Below are positions 9,819-19,420 of a stretch of 64,000 bases of DNA, piece by piece. The position numbers and the translations under genes are program-made. Each line of letters opens with the position of its first letter. Position 1 is the first letter of the stretch. The notes under the pieces were generated by a model that saw only the letters and a list, made by a program, of their open reading frames with translations, ran no database searches and was not told the DNA's origin. Location of the stretch: positions 480,001 to 544,000 of the forward strand of contig CAXMWX010000001.1 in assembly GCA_963422205.2 (NCBI GenBank). Reading direction: 5' to 3'. The stretch is from Gammaproteobacteria bacterium. Lineage in GTDB: Bacteria > Pseudomonadota > Gammaproteobacteria > Eutrophobiales > Eutrophobiaceae.

Positions 9819-11471
9819 TTACCTGCCGGGCTGTACTGTCAAGGCGCTCTCATTGTAGCTTTCCAGCTCCGCTGTGCTTAACTTGAAATTACCCAGGCGC
9901 ATGGTCATGTAGTCATCGAAATAACGTTTTAACGAGCGCTCAATACCGGCATCGTAATCGGGCCTGAGCACGTGTGTGGTTGTTTTCGGCAGGGCGCAGA
10001 CCTTGCCGTCTTTCACCACCCGCTCGCCATTTTTAAATACATACGCTGGTCGGCTGAACATTCTCTCGACATTCTTATCGGGGCTGTAGACCGCGATATC
10101 AGCCCGTGCGCCAGCGCCCAGATGCCCGCTGTCAGTCAGCCCCAGGCTCCTGGCGGGGGCGGCACGGGTCAGGATGGCGATTTCATGCAGCGTGTATTCC
10201 CGGGTGATGCTGGCCAGATGGCTGGCCCCGGCGGCCTCTGGATGAATGCGCTTGAGCATATCGTTGCGAAAGCTCTTGTCCATCAATAGACGAATCAGAT
10301 GAGGGTATGAGGTGAACGGCGCACCATTGGGGTGATCGGTGGTTAAAAAAACACGCCAGGGATCGTCCACCAGCAAAAAGATCTCAAGGCCAATACACCA
10401 TTGCAAGGCGTTCACAAAACGCATGTCTCGATACTTGAACGGCACCACCCCGCAGCCGGCATCACATTCAATATCCATACAGACCCACTTATTCGGGTGT
10501 GCATGGGCATGGCCGGCATACTGCATCATGGTATCCGCCGATGTGGTGGCTGTCTGGCCGAACATGATCTGACCCACATCAATGGAAATATTGGGATTGC
10601 TGTTGACCGCTTCGGCAATCTCTGCGGCGGCTGAGGAGAAATTTCTGTCGCCCTCCTGTCCATAGCTGTGAAACTGGACATGCGTTAAGTGCATGGGCCG
10701 TCCCTGTGCGGCGGCGATGGTATCTAACGTGGTCTTGACATTCCCCGGCACGCCCAGGTTACAGCCGTGTACATGCAGCGGGTGGGGTATGGCGATGTCG
10801 GCCACGGCGGTGAGTAATGCCGTCAAGATCGTGCGCGGCGTCAGGCCATAGTGGCGATTTTTCTCATCCAGATCGAGCTGGCGCTGATTAAATTTAAAGG
10901 CACTGATGCCGCCGGGGTTGACCGTCTTTACCCCCATTGCCTGGGTAGCTTGAATAGTCCAGGCGATGTAATCGTTGATGAGTTGCTGATCACGCCCGGC
11001 TTTAAGCAGGCGCAAAAAAAAGTCATCATTGCCTAACAACACATAGGCCCCGGTGTCCAGCATCGGTGTGTCCGCCATCTCCATGTGCGTCTGGCGTGCA
11101 TTGACCGGCAACATGGCTGGTTCAAAGCAGGAGGTATAACCCATCTCAGCATAGCGATAGCCGGTAATGAAGCTGGAGGGCGTACACCGCCCGGAGCCGG
11201 AGCGGGTCAAGCGCCCCCTCCTGACTCTGTTGTCTGCGTGATCCTCGGCCAGCAGCATGCGCCCGATATTGACCTTGCCGCCGCCTATGTGCGTATGGAT
11301 ATCAATCCCTCCCGCCATCACTATCTTGCCGCTGACATCAATAACGGCATCGATCTTTTGATTCCTACCGGGCTTGACCAGCCTGCCATCCTCAATAAAC
11401 ACATCACGTTTTTTACCCGTATCCGCATTCGCCGGATCATAAATGCGACCGCCTTTCAGTCGCATCAGCAT
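9819..11471 (-). CDS. fhcA: Fhc subunit A, formyl-methylofuran amidohydrolase
   Basis: GGIDIHTHIGGGKVN, GYRYAEMGYT, KTVNPGG, HPLHVHGCNLG, HLTHVQFHSYG, TTDHPNG. Confidence 0.93.
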   Translation of the reverse strand: MLMRLKGGRIYDPANADTGKKRDVFIEDGRLVKPGRNQKIDAVIDVSGKIVMAGGIDIHTHIGGGKVNIGRMLLAEDHADNRVRRGRLTRSGSGRCTPSSFITGYRYAEMGYTSCFEPAMLPVNARQTHMEMADTPMLDTGAYVLLGNDDFFLRLLKAGRDQQLINDYIAWTIQATQAMGVKTVNPGGISAFKFNQRQLDLDEKNRHYGLTPRTILTALLTAVADIAIPHPLHVHGCNLGVPGNVKTTLDTIAAAQGRPMHLTHVQFHSYGQEGDRNFSSAAAEIAEAVNSNPNISIDVGQIMFGQTATTSADTMMQYAGHAHAHPNKWVCMDIECDAGCGVVPFKYRDMRFVNALQWCIGLEIFLLVDDPWRVFLTTDHPNGAPFTSYPHLIRLLMDKSFRNDMLKRIHPEAAGASHLASITREYTLHEIAILTRAAPARSLGLTDSGHLGAGARADIAVYSPDKNVERMFSRPAYVFKNGERVVKDGKVCALPKTTTHVLRPDYDAGIERSLKRYFDDYMTMRLGNFKLSTAELESYNESALTVQPGR

Positions 11472-12715
11472 CCGCTTATCGCCTGTAGCCGGGCTATGAT
11501 CTGTTTAAGCACAGCACCTGTGCTGTACAGTTCGCTGTCACGCAGCTTTTTTAATGGCAGATTGATCACCGCATCGGCACGAAACAGGTTGCCTGCATGA
11601 TCGATGCCGGGCGTGCCTACCGGCAGGTATATCGTGGCACCTTTGCGAACGGCCTGATTGTTCGAGATGATGATGCCTGGCACATCCAGGGTCGGCGGGG
11701 TATCTCTCTCCAGGCTGGAAATCCAGACCAGGGCATCACACTCGGCCGGGTATGGCGTGTACGGGTCGGGTTGGCTGTCGGGGAAGCCATCGGTAAAACG
11801 CAGCCCGGCGGGGAAACCGGTTTGCCAGGTGGCGACTTGTTGTAACGATCCACCGGCATTATTATCCGTCAGTGCCAGCCCGGCGGCCCGTTGGCGTTGA
11901 TTCAGTTTGGCGATCAGATCGGTGATCGTGCGGATAAGCAAATCGGCACTGTCTGCCGGCAGGGCGGCGGCCGACCAGATAAAAACCGGATAGTGCGCTG
12001 CCTGGATCAGGGCGCTTGCCTGCTTGAGTTTTTTCAGTTTTTCTCTGGCAATGTTTTGATCCGTACCGCGCTGACCAAGCAGCGTGCATTTAAGTAATGT
12101 CAGCAGGTTGAGCAGCCCGTTGCCAGTGGCCGGTATGTGCAGTAAAGATTCGCCCAGTTTGATTTTCTCCTGCCGGCTCGCCTGCCCGATACAGATCAGT
12201 TTTCTCCGCTGTCCTTTGGGAAGAAACTGCGCCTGCCTGGTGGTGATAAACCTGTCGAGCAGGCGGGGGTACTTCGTGGTGATTTTATCGCCGATGAACA
12301 CCACCACATCGGCGCGATTTTTCAACTCGGCAAACGTGGTCATCATCCCGCCGCCGGTCTGCATCACATTGAGATTGTGTAATGTGCTGTCCTCGTATTT
12401 GTGTCGGATCACCGCATTGGTTAATTCGGCGAGATGAAGCGCCGCACGGAGCCCGTTTATGTCTGTCCCGAGATCGGCAATCAGCGGTCGCCTGGATTTT
12501 TTCAGCAGGATGGCGGCGTGTTTTACCGCCTCTGTATGTGATACGGGTTGTTGGTGTGCATAGGCTTGTGCTCCTGGCGGGGCCTGCTTAAAGCCCCGGG
12601 CGGCAAGTACACAGCCATGATTGACGACCTGCAATCGCCTCTGCCGTGCCTGCACGGACAGATCATCACATAATAGACTGCAAAAAGGGCAGGTTATGTC
12701 ATGCAATGTCGTCAC
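11465..12715 (-). CDS. fhcB: Fhc subunit B (FwdB homologue lacking Mo/W active-site residues)
   Basis: CPFCSLLCDD, ELKNRADVVVFIG, WQTGFP, GTPGIDHAG..FRAD. The catalytic CHG and RGH motifs of FwdB are absent. Confidence 0.88.
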   Translation of the reverse strand: MTTLHDITCPFCSLLCDDLSVQARQRRLQVVNHGCVLAARGFKQAPPGAQAYAHQQPVSHTEAVKHAAILLKKSRRPLIADLGTDINGLRAALHLAELTNAVIRHKYEDSTLHNLNVMQTGGGMMTTFAELKNRADVVVFIGDKITTKYPRLLDRFITTRQAQFLPKGQRRKLICIGQASRQEKIKLGESLLHIPATGNGLLNLLTLLKCTLLGQRGTDQNIAREKLKKLKQASALIQAAHYPVFIWSAAALPADSADLLIRTITDLIAKLNQRQRAAGLALTDNNAGGSLQQVATWQTGFPAGLRFTDGFPDSQPDPYTPYPAECDALVWISSLERDTPPTLDVPGIIISNNQAVRKGATIYLPVGTPGIDHAGNLFRADAVINLPLKKLRDSELYSTGAVLKQIIARLQAISGC

Positions 12716-12822
12716 TATGGCCTCTGTCTCGGTACGGCTTACGGTTATCCATCAGGAGCAACAGCCTGGCTTATCGCAGGCTGTGCGTGGGTGCGGAGAG
12801 TTAAGAGTTGTCTACGGCGGCG

Positions 12823-14196
12823 TCAGTCCAACAAGGCCAGCATGGCAGAGATGTCGGTATATTTTTCTCGGGGCTTTCCCGCTGCCTGGCCTCGCTCTAT
12901 CTCGCTTGCGTCAATTTTTTTCCAATCCTCAAAACTGACGTATCGTATGTTACGTTCAGTCAGGATCGTATAACAGCCTTCAGCCCCGGTTTTCGCCTCG
13001 CCTGTGTCAAGCCGGTCGATGTCGTCAAGTAAACAACCGACAGTCTCAACACTGTCTGCGCGGTTGGTGCCGATGATACCAGTTGCCCCCCGTTTTATCC
13101 ATCCTGCGGTATACAGCCCGGGCATGAGGCCATCGGCAGCGTGAATACGCCCCATCTGGTTGGCAAAGACCCCGCTGCTCTCATCAAACGGCACACCGGG
13201 CATCGCCCGTCCCTGATAGCCGATGCTGCGAAACACGAGGCCTGTTTCTATCTCATACCTTGCCCCCGTCCCGTGTGCTTTTTGGGAGAAGGGTTCGCCC
13301 GCCAGCCGGTTACTCTCCAGCACGATGCGCTGCACCCGGCCATTGCCAGTGATGGCCACCGGGCTGTTAAGAAAGGTAAATCGGCATTGTCTTGCCTTGG
13401 TGGTGCGGCGTTCGGAGAATTGTTTGAATAGATCCACCACCTTCCGACTGCCAGCGTTGGTTTTCTCGGCAAGTTCGGCCTTGCTTTCGGGATTAAGCTG
13501 CAAGTCCTCTGTGGCAACCACCGGATCGCACATGGCCAGCTCTCCAAATTCCTTCAGCTCTTTTGAGGTAAATTTCGCCTGTGCCGGCCCCCGCCGGCCA
13601 ATCACATACACCTGCTTGATTTTGCTCATCGCCAGGGCATCCAGTGCATGTTGGGCGATGTCGGTGTGTTTTAACTCATCGATCGTCTTGCTGAGGATAC
13701 GGCTGACATCGGCTGCCACATTCCCCTGGCCGATGATGACCGCCGTCTCATGGGAAAGATCAAATTGCCGATCACGGTAATCCGGGTGACCGTTATACCA
13801 GCCGACAAACTCGGTTGCCGTATGACTGCCGGGCAGGTCTTCACCCGGAATCTCCAGCCGGCGGTCGGTCTCGGCACCACAACTTAAAATGACCGCATGG
13901 TGGGTTTGTTGCAACTCTGTGATGCTGATATCCCGGCCCACAGTCACGTTGCCGAGGTAGTTGAATTGGCTCGCCTCGGCGATGCGGGCATAGACCTTGA
14001 TCACCTGCTTTAACTTGGGATGATCCGGGGCGACTCCGCTACGCACCAGACCATAAGGAGTGGGCAGGCGTTCCAGCAGGGTAATGTTCACCGTCAAGGC
14101 GGATTTAAGCAGTGCCTCGGCGGCATAAAAACCGCTGGGGCCGCTGCCGACGATAGCGACCTGAAGCGGGTTAGCCGGCGTGCCTGTGTGACTCAT
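12823..14196 (-). CDS. Ferredoxin-NADP+ reductase, adrenodoxin-reductase/FprA type
   Basis: VAIVGSGPSGFYAA, PYGLVRSGVAPDH, FVGWYNGHP, IGQGNVAADV, GRRGP, RSIGY, GWIKRGATG.IGTN. Confidence 0.92.
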   Translation of the reverse strand: MSHTGTPANPLQVAIVGSGPSGFYAAEALLKSALTVNITLLERLPTPYGLVRSGVAPDHPKLKQVIKVYARIAEASQFNYLGNVTVGRDISITELQQTHHAVILSCGAETDRRLEIPGEDLPGSHTATEFVGWYNGHPDYRDRQFDLSHETAVIIGQGNVAADVSRILSKTIDELKHTDIAQHALDALAMSKIKQVYVIGRRGPAQAKFTSKELKEFGELAMCDPVVATEDLQLNPESKAELAEKTNAGSRKVVDLFKQFSERRTTKARQCRFTFLNSPVAITGNGRVQRIVLESNRLAGEPFSQKAHGTGARYEIETGLVFRSIGYQGRAMPGVPFDESSGVFANQMGRIHAADGLMPGLYTAGWIKRGATGIIGTNRADSVETVGCLLDDIDRLDTGEAKTGAEGCYTILTERNIRYVSFEDWKKIDASEIERGQAAGKPREKYTDISAMLALLD

Positions 14197-14249
14197 GGCC
14201 TGTCGTGTTTTTTAACCGATGCCAGGGCGAGACTGCCTTGACAGCGTGG

Positions 14250-14555
14250 TCATAAACCCAGGGCGGCCTTCTTCTCATCGGCACCGGGCAGGGGTTCCAT
14301 GGAATCGGCGCAAACGGGCAGGGCAGGTGCTCTCTGGGCATTGATGTCAATCCACTCCAGCTTGTCTTCCGGCAAGTCATCTTCCTCATAAATGGCCTGC
14401 ACCGGGCATTCCGGGATACAGGCGCTACAGTCAATGCAGACATCGGGATCGATGTAGAGCATCTGCTCATCATAGTGAAAACACTCTACCGGGCAGACAG
14501 TCACGCAGTCTGTGTAACGGCAGTCTTTACAATTATCGGTGACAACGGTCGTCAT
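14250..14555 (-). CDS. fdxA: Dicluster ferredoxin, FdxA/Azotobacter FdI (7Fe)-type
   Basis: CKDCRYTDCVTVCPVECF...LYIDPDVCIDCSACIPECPVQAI; RBS aaggagag upstream. Confidence 0.9.
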   Translation of the reverse strand: MTTVVTDNCKDCRYTDCVTVCPVECFHYDEQMLYIDPDVCIDCSACIPECPVQAIYEEDDLPEDKLEWIDINAQRAPALPVCADSMEPLPGADEKKAALGL

Positions 14556-14638
14556 GTTTCTCTCCTTAAAGCCGGGTGCTGAACGATGCAGATTCTAACC
14601 TGCCTGCAGGGGGTAATGATAGCTTAAAAATAAAAATC

Positions 14639-15451
14639 TCAGCCGGCGTAAAGTAATATTTCACCTTTATTTAACTCCACGCCATCCCCGCAAAAACGCC
14701 TGTAGCTGCCGGCTTTATGTGCTGCCGTCAAGGCCAGCCCCAGCTGTTGCAGATAAATAAAATACATACGCAGAAAGGCCGGCGGCCAGGTGCAGGCGTA
14801 AGTGAAGGTCGGTAACAACTCCGCCTGCTTGAGCGATACGATAGACCCTCTTTTCATGCCGGCCCCGGTGCGAAGCCCCAGCTCTCCCAACACCATGATC
14901 GTACCGGCCAGCATGTTCACGCCGGTGAAGTCGCCGCTGTTGCCGGCGATGGCGATCAGCCCATTACGCATGGCATGACCCACTTCGTTACGGGCGCTGC
15001 CGTGGATGATGATCTCCCCGCCACACATGCCCGTGGCCGCCCCCCGGTAGGCACTGCCAATCATGTGGCCAGCATCACCATAGATGATGATGCGACCGCC
15101 GGACATCTCCGGCCCGACCCAGTCGTCAGCGTTGCCCTCTACCCGTATCTCACCGCCCCGCATCCCCGCCCCCAGATGCGGGCCGACATCGCCCTCAATA
15201 TGCAGGCTGCCATGGGTCATCTGGGCGCCCAGGAATTTAACTTTGGACAGATCGCCAGAGATACGCACCGTGCGGTCATCTGCATTGCCTGAAACAGCAA
15301 AAAAATCGGCCAGCAGGCAGGGCTGATTGCCATAGTGCAGGGGCAGTTTTTCAATCTCGGTATGGCCTAACCCAGATAATCTGTCGGGGGTGATGGTATC
15401 GGCTTCCAGCGGCACATCAGGGCAGACCCGTTGTGTAAGTTCCAGTGCCAT
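14639..15451 (-). CDS. fwdC: Formylmethanofuran dehydrogenase subunit C
   Basis: Start MALELT, 1 nt after the ftr stop; VPLEADTITPD, LADFFAVSG, repeated G..M.GG.I.V.G beta-helix units, GSAYRG...GMCGG, C-terminal GKGEIL-like NKGEILL. Confidence 0.88.
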   Translation of the reverse strand: MALELTQRVCPDVPLEADTITPDRLSGLGHTEIEKLPLHYGNQPCLLADFFAVSGNADDRTVRISGDLSKVKFLGAQMTHGSLHIEGDVGPHLGAGMRGGEIRVEGNADDWVGPEMSGGRIIIYGDAGHMIGSAYRGAATGMCGGEIIIHGSARNEVGHAMRNGLIAIAGNSGDFTGVNMLAGTIMVLGELGLRTGAGMKRGSIVSLKQAELLPTFTYACTWPPAFLRMYFIYLQQLGLALTAAHKAGSYRRFCGDGVELNKGEILLYAG

Positions 15452-15452
15452 G

Positions 15453-16340
15453 TCAACCGGCCATGAGTTCATGTAAGTGAATTTTATATTGCCCCAGGCT
15501 GCCGCCATAATTCCCTGCACTGATCTTGACCACCCCTGGCCGGGCGGCGGCCTCCACACCTGCCTGCATTGCCGCCCTGATGGCAGCTTCTGTGAGTCCG
15601 TCGATGACTATCTCCAGTACACAGTTGACCTCATCGGGTAATGCCGTGCTGGTGAGGGCCTTTAAGGTGGGGCAATAGGCTTCGTTGGTTGAGGCGGGCA
15701 GCCCCTTGTAGCGAGAGCCGACCTTGCTGCCGCTACGTACCACACCATCCGGGAAAGGCAGGATGATATCGCCGCACATACGCATGGCCTGCACCGCTGC
15801 CGTGGCGGCGGACAGGCCCTGTTCTGCATCGGTTGCCATCAGGATAATATTGCCGCCTGCCACGGCCTCCTGCACGGCAAAACTCTCGGCCACGGTAAAC
15901 TCACCATCCATCACCGGAATACGCCAGTAGCGCCGGCCGGCAAGTTGTTTACTGGCCTGGAAGCCATCGCCGAAATAGCGCAGTTGGGAGCCAACCTGCA
16001 CAGTCTGTTCATTCTCAAGCCCGCTGAAACATGCCGTGGTCGGGCAGGTCATCACACACTGGCCGATGCGTTCCACCAGCCGTTTGCCAACCGCTGCCTT
16101 GTCCATCGCAAATAACAAGACACTGACGCCAGGCCGCTCGTCCGGTGTTTGTTCGGGCGATAATGTGGTTTCAATGCCGGCTTCGCATTGGCAGCCAATG
16201 ATGGAGGTGGCGAATCCGGTCATTGTCTGTGCGGCGGCCAGCGCCCATTGTTCAGTCGCCGCGGTGATGATCACACGTGTGCCCCACAGTGCGAAGGCCT
16301 CAGCAAAGGTATCTGCTATGTCGGTGGTTCTGAGCCTCAT
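15453..16340 (-). CDS. ftr: Second formylmethanofuran:H4MPT formyltransferase (Ftr)
   Basis: IADTFAEAF, TGFATSIIGCQCEAGIE, RIGQCVMTCPTTACF, VRSGSKVGSRY, ISAGNYGGSLG. Confidence 0.92.
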   Translation of the reverse strand: MRLRTTDIADTFAEAFALWGTRVIITAATEQWALAAAQTMTGFATSIIGCQCEAGIETTLSPEQTPDERPGVSVLLFAMDKAAVGKRLVERIGQCVMTCPTTACFSGLENEQTVQVGSQLRYFGDGFQASKQLAGRRYWRIPVMDGEFTVAESFAVQEAVAGGNIILMATDAEQGLSAATAAVQAMRMCGDIILPFPDGVVRSGSKVGSRYKGLPASTNEAYCPTLKALTSTALPDEVNCVLEIVIDGLTEAAIRAAMQAGVEAAARPGVVKISAGNYGGSLGQYKIHLHELMAG

Positions 16341-17980
16341 CCTGGCACGGTTGCAATGATTTGGTGATCATGCAGGTAGCTGTCGTTGACGGCATAGTTA
16401 TCGAACTCAATGGAGTAATAGTTCTCAAAGAACGGCCTCACCTGCCGAACAATGCCATCATCATAACCGGGTTCGACATGTAAAAATTTACCGCTGTGAT
16501 CCTGGCGGAACTCATGATCTTCTATCACCGGTATGCCGGCCTTGAAGACATACCGCGGTGCATTGAACATGGCCTCTTTGTCTTCCATGTCATCATAGAC
16601 GGTGATGTCGGCATCGGCACCGGCCGCCAAATGCCCCTTGTTGTTCAAACCCAGCGCCCGGGCCGGGCCGGCGCGGGTGATGATGGCGATCTCGTTTAGG
16701 GTATATTCCCGATCTAGCTCGTTCAGCATGGTCTGGTTGATCGCCTTTTGGTTCACCCGCTTGATCTCCTCGGCACGAAACGCGCTGTCCATCAGCAGCC
16801 GGATCAGTTTAGGATAGCTCATGAACGAGCCGCCGTTGGGGTGATCCGTTGACAGCACGATGCGCCAGGGATCGTTTGACAGCAGGAATAATTCGAGACC
16901 AATCGCCCATTGCAGGGCGTGTACGTAGACATGTTCCTGGTAGTTGAACGGCACGATGCCGCAGCCGCTTTCACATTCGGTATCCGCATTGACCCATTTG
17001 CCCTTCTTAAACCCCCGCAACATGTACGCCAGGGGTGCATCGGCGGTCATGATGGTGGATTTGCCAAACATGACCTGGCCGACATCGCAGGTAATGTTCG
17101 GATGGGCATTGACATACTCGGCTATTTCTCTGGCGGCTGATTTCGGGTTTTTACCCAACTCGCCGGCATAGCTGTGAAACTGGATATGGGCGAGGTGGAC
17201 CCGTCTGTCAGCGGCGGTTTTCATGGTCTCCAGCGTGGTGGTGACATTGCCGCTGTGGCCGAGGTTGTTGCAATGAATGTGCGGCGGGTGAGGCAGGCCC
17301 AGTGCATTGACGCTGTCAATAAACGCCTCAATAATCTGCCGTGGCGTGATCTCAAAGACATCGCTCTGCTCATCAATGTGGGTAACATTGGCATTTTTTT
17401 TGCCCTTCCAGGGCTCATCGCCGCCCGGGTTGACCAGCTTGGTCGTGTAGGCCTTGGTTGCATTGATCCACCAGGCAACCGCCTGTTTGAACTCCTCTGT
17501 GCGCTTTTCCCTGAGCAGTTGCTGTAGAAAGATATTATTGCCGAGCAACACATAAAAGCCTTTATCGATCACGGGTGTGTCGTGCAATTCCTCAATGGTA
17601 TGGCGAGCGCCAATGGGCGTGACGGCAGCTTCCATGGCCGTGGTGTAACCCAGGGCGGCATAGCGGTAGCCCGTGGCAAAGGTTGAGGGGACGGTGCCGC
17701 CTGAGCCAGACCGGGTACAAGCGGTGGCCGGATGGGGATCATGCCGATGATCCTCCGGCTGGAGTTTGCGCGCCAGATTGACCTTCGGGCCGGCGATATG
17801 GCAATGAATGTCCACCCCGCCGGGCATGACGACCATGCCATCAAGGGCATATCTTCTCGGCGTAGCAGAGGGTGATTTAACGATTATGCCGTTTTCAATA
17901 AAGAGGTCTTTGACCTGGCCGTTGATACCATTGCCAGGGTCATATACCCGGCCGCCAGCAAGCTGTATGCAGTCTGTCAT
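16337..17980 (-). CDS. fwdA: Formylmethanofuran dehydrogenase subunit A (binuclear amidohydrolase)
   Basis: MPGGVDIHCHIAGPKVN.ARKLQPEDH, VPSTFATGYRYA.LGYTT, KLVNPGG, HIHCNNLG, HLAHIQFHSY, STDHPNGG; archaeal FwdA-like wording, distinct from the neighbouring fhcA. Confidence 0.9.
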   Translation of the reverse strand: MTDCIQLAGGRVYDPGNGINGQVKDLFIENGIIVKSPSATPRRYALDGMVVMPGGVDIHCHIAGPKVNLARKLQPEDHRHDPHPATACTRSGSGGTVPSTFATGYRYAALGYTTAMEAAVTPIGARHTIEELHDTPVIDKGFYVLLGNNIFLQQLLREKRTEEFKQAVAWWINATKAYTTKLVNPGGDEPWKGKKNANVTHIDEQSDVFEITPRQIIEAFIDSVNALGLPHPPHIHCNNLGHSGNVTTTLETMKTAADRRVHLAHIQFHSYAGELGKNPKSAAREIAEYVNAHPNITCDVGQVMFGKSTIMTADAPLAYMLRGFKKGKWVNADTECESGCGIVPFNYQEHVYVHALQWAIGLELFLLSNDPWRIVLSTDHPNGGSFMSYPKLIRLLMDSAFRAEEIKRVNQKAINQTMLNELDREYTLNEIAIITRAGPARALGLNNKGHLAAGADADITVYDDMEDKEAMFNAPRYVFKAGIPVIEDHEFRQDHSGKFLHVEPGYDDGIVRQVRPFFENYYSIEFDNYAVNDSYLHDHQIIATVPG

Positions 17981-18037
17981 TATCTTTTGGGATGATTATG
18001 TTTATGGCGGGTCAGCCGCCGGTTGCTGTCCGCCAGC

Positions 18038-19414
18038 TCATGGCATGGCGGCGGTCATCTGCTCATCTGCATCAGCACGCCGAACGATGTGACTGCTCTC
18101 GCTTCTGGCCTGTACCAACTCCTGCACACGCTGTTTGATGGCCGTGAGTATCTCCTCATCGGTGGGGAAGGGCGAATCATAGACCTTACGCAGGGTGATG
18201 GGGACATCGTCCATGCGATAGACCGTGCCGGTGGTGTTGATGCCGTAGGTTGCCGTCCGAAAAGCGACATGTGCCAGCCTGCTGGTCAGGGTTTCCTTGG
18301 TATCCAGGCAGATCACCGGTATGTTGGACAGATGATCGATCGCTGCCCTGGGGAAATTAGCCGCCGGATCACTGGCGATAATCAAGGCGGCATCAGCATC
18401 TTGTTTTGCCAGGACATCGACCGTGGTAAATTCGCCCGGGTTAAACCGCGGGAAGCCGCGGCTGAAATTCACGCCAAAGGGATACCCTGTCTGCCAGGAC
18501 AGGACGTTATCAGCACCGGTCACGTTGCCATGACCACGCACTGGCTTGGCGACAAAATGGGTATATTCGTTTAAGTCTGTTGCCAGTGCCAACAGGGCGC
18601 CTGAGTTGAAATGTCGGCCGCGGGTCATGGTCAGCCCCATGCCAAAAAACAGCACGCCGTAGCGACAGTTCCTCATCATCTCCACCAGCATCTGCATCAC
18701 CTGCTGGCTGACGCCGGTAATCGCTTCAATATTCTCGGCCAGTGATCGGCCTTTGAGCAAGGCACGCAGCGCCCACAGCAATTCAAAATCCTTACCCGGT
18801 TTGACCTGCACAAAATGATTGGCCGCCGGTGCGCTGGGCGTCTTGCGTACATCCACCACCACGACCGTGCGATCTTTCTTGCCTTTGGGGGTGAACATCC
18901 CCTTGGCCGTGACGGCATAGCGACCGAAATGGCGCGGGTGCGATTCCGCCGGATTGCCGCCCCAGTAGATGACCAGATCGGCGCGGTTTTTAACCTCGCC
19001 CAGCGTCATGGTGCTCTCCCCTACCCCCTGAAAGGCCAGGCCTGATGGCCCGTGGCAGACCGAGGTGGTGGTGTCTATGTTGCCCCGGCTAATATCGGCA
19101 ATCGCCACCGCCTGTCGCTGTGCCTCGCAGGTGGTATCACTCAGGCCATAGATGATCGGGAACCTCGCCCGGGCGAGGGTCTGTGCGGCCTGTTCAATGG
19201 CCTCATCCAGCGATGCCGGCTGGCCGTCGATCAACGCCGCCGGGGCAGCTTCGTCGATCGTATGTTCAGCAAACCAGGCACGACCCAGCACGCAGGCATT
19301 TTTTGATTTGATAATGCGTTTCGCCTCCTCATCCACACTCAAGATCATGTCATCACACACACAGCCACAGAAGGTGCAGGTGGCGTTTTTGATCACGTTG
19401 ATATTGGCGCTCAT
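18038..19414 (-). CDS. fwdB: Formylmethanofuran dehydrogenase subunit B (W/Mo-bisPGD catalytic subunit, apparently intact)
   Basis: 4Fe-4S motif CTFCGCVCDD...NAC; metal-ligand motif TTSVCHGPS; TLGEVKNRADLVIYWGGNPAESHPRH; RGHGNVTG; WQTGYPFGV; GTVYRMDDVP. Confidence 0.9.
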   Translation of the reverse strand: MSANINVIKNATCTFCGCVCDDMILSVDEEAKRIIKSKNACVLGRAWFAEHTIDEAAPAALIDGQPASLDEAIEQAAQTLARARFPIIYGLSDTTCEAQRQAVAIADISRGNIDTTTSVCHGPSGLAFQGVGESTMTLGEVKNRADLVIYWGGNPAESHPRHFGRYAVTAKGMFTPKGKKDRTVVVVDVRKTPSAPAANHFVQVKPGKDFELLWALRALLKGRSLAENIEAITGVSQQVMQMLVEMMRNCRYGVLFFGMGLTMTRGRHFNSGALLALATDLNEYTHFVAKPVRGHGNVTGADNVLSWQTGYPFGVNFSRGFPRFNPGEFTTVDVLAKQDADAALIIASDPAANFPRAAIDHLSNIPVICLDTKETLTSRLAHVAFRTATYGINTTGTVYRMDDVPITLRKVYDSPFPTDEEILTAIKQRVQELVQARSESSHIVRRADADEQMTAAMP

Positions 19415-19420
19415 GGTGTT

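Noticed and set aside
15452-15559. N-terminal 36 codons of the ORF-track fwdC call
   Set aside because: They overlap ftr; the family-like sequence begins at the ATG at 15451.
8106-19414. Idea that the two fhc/fwd sets are an assembly duplication
   Set aside because: The paralogues are strongly divergent in protein sequence and differ in gene content (D subunit, catalytic residues), so they are not a duplicated contig segment.
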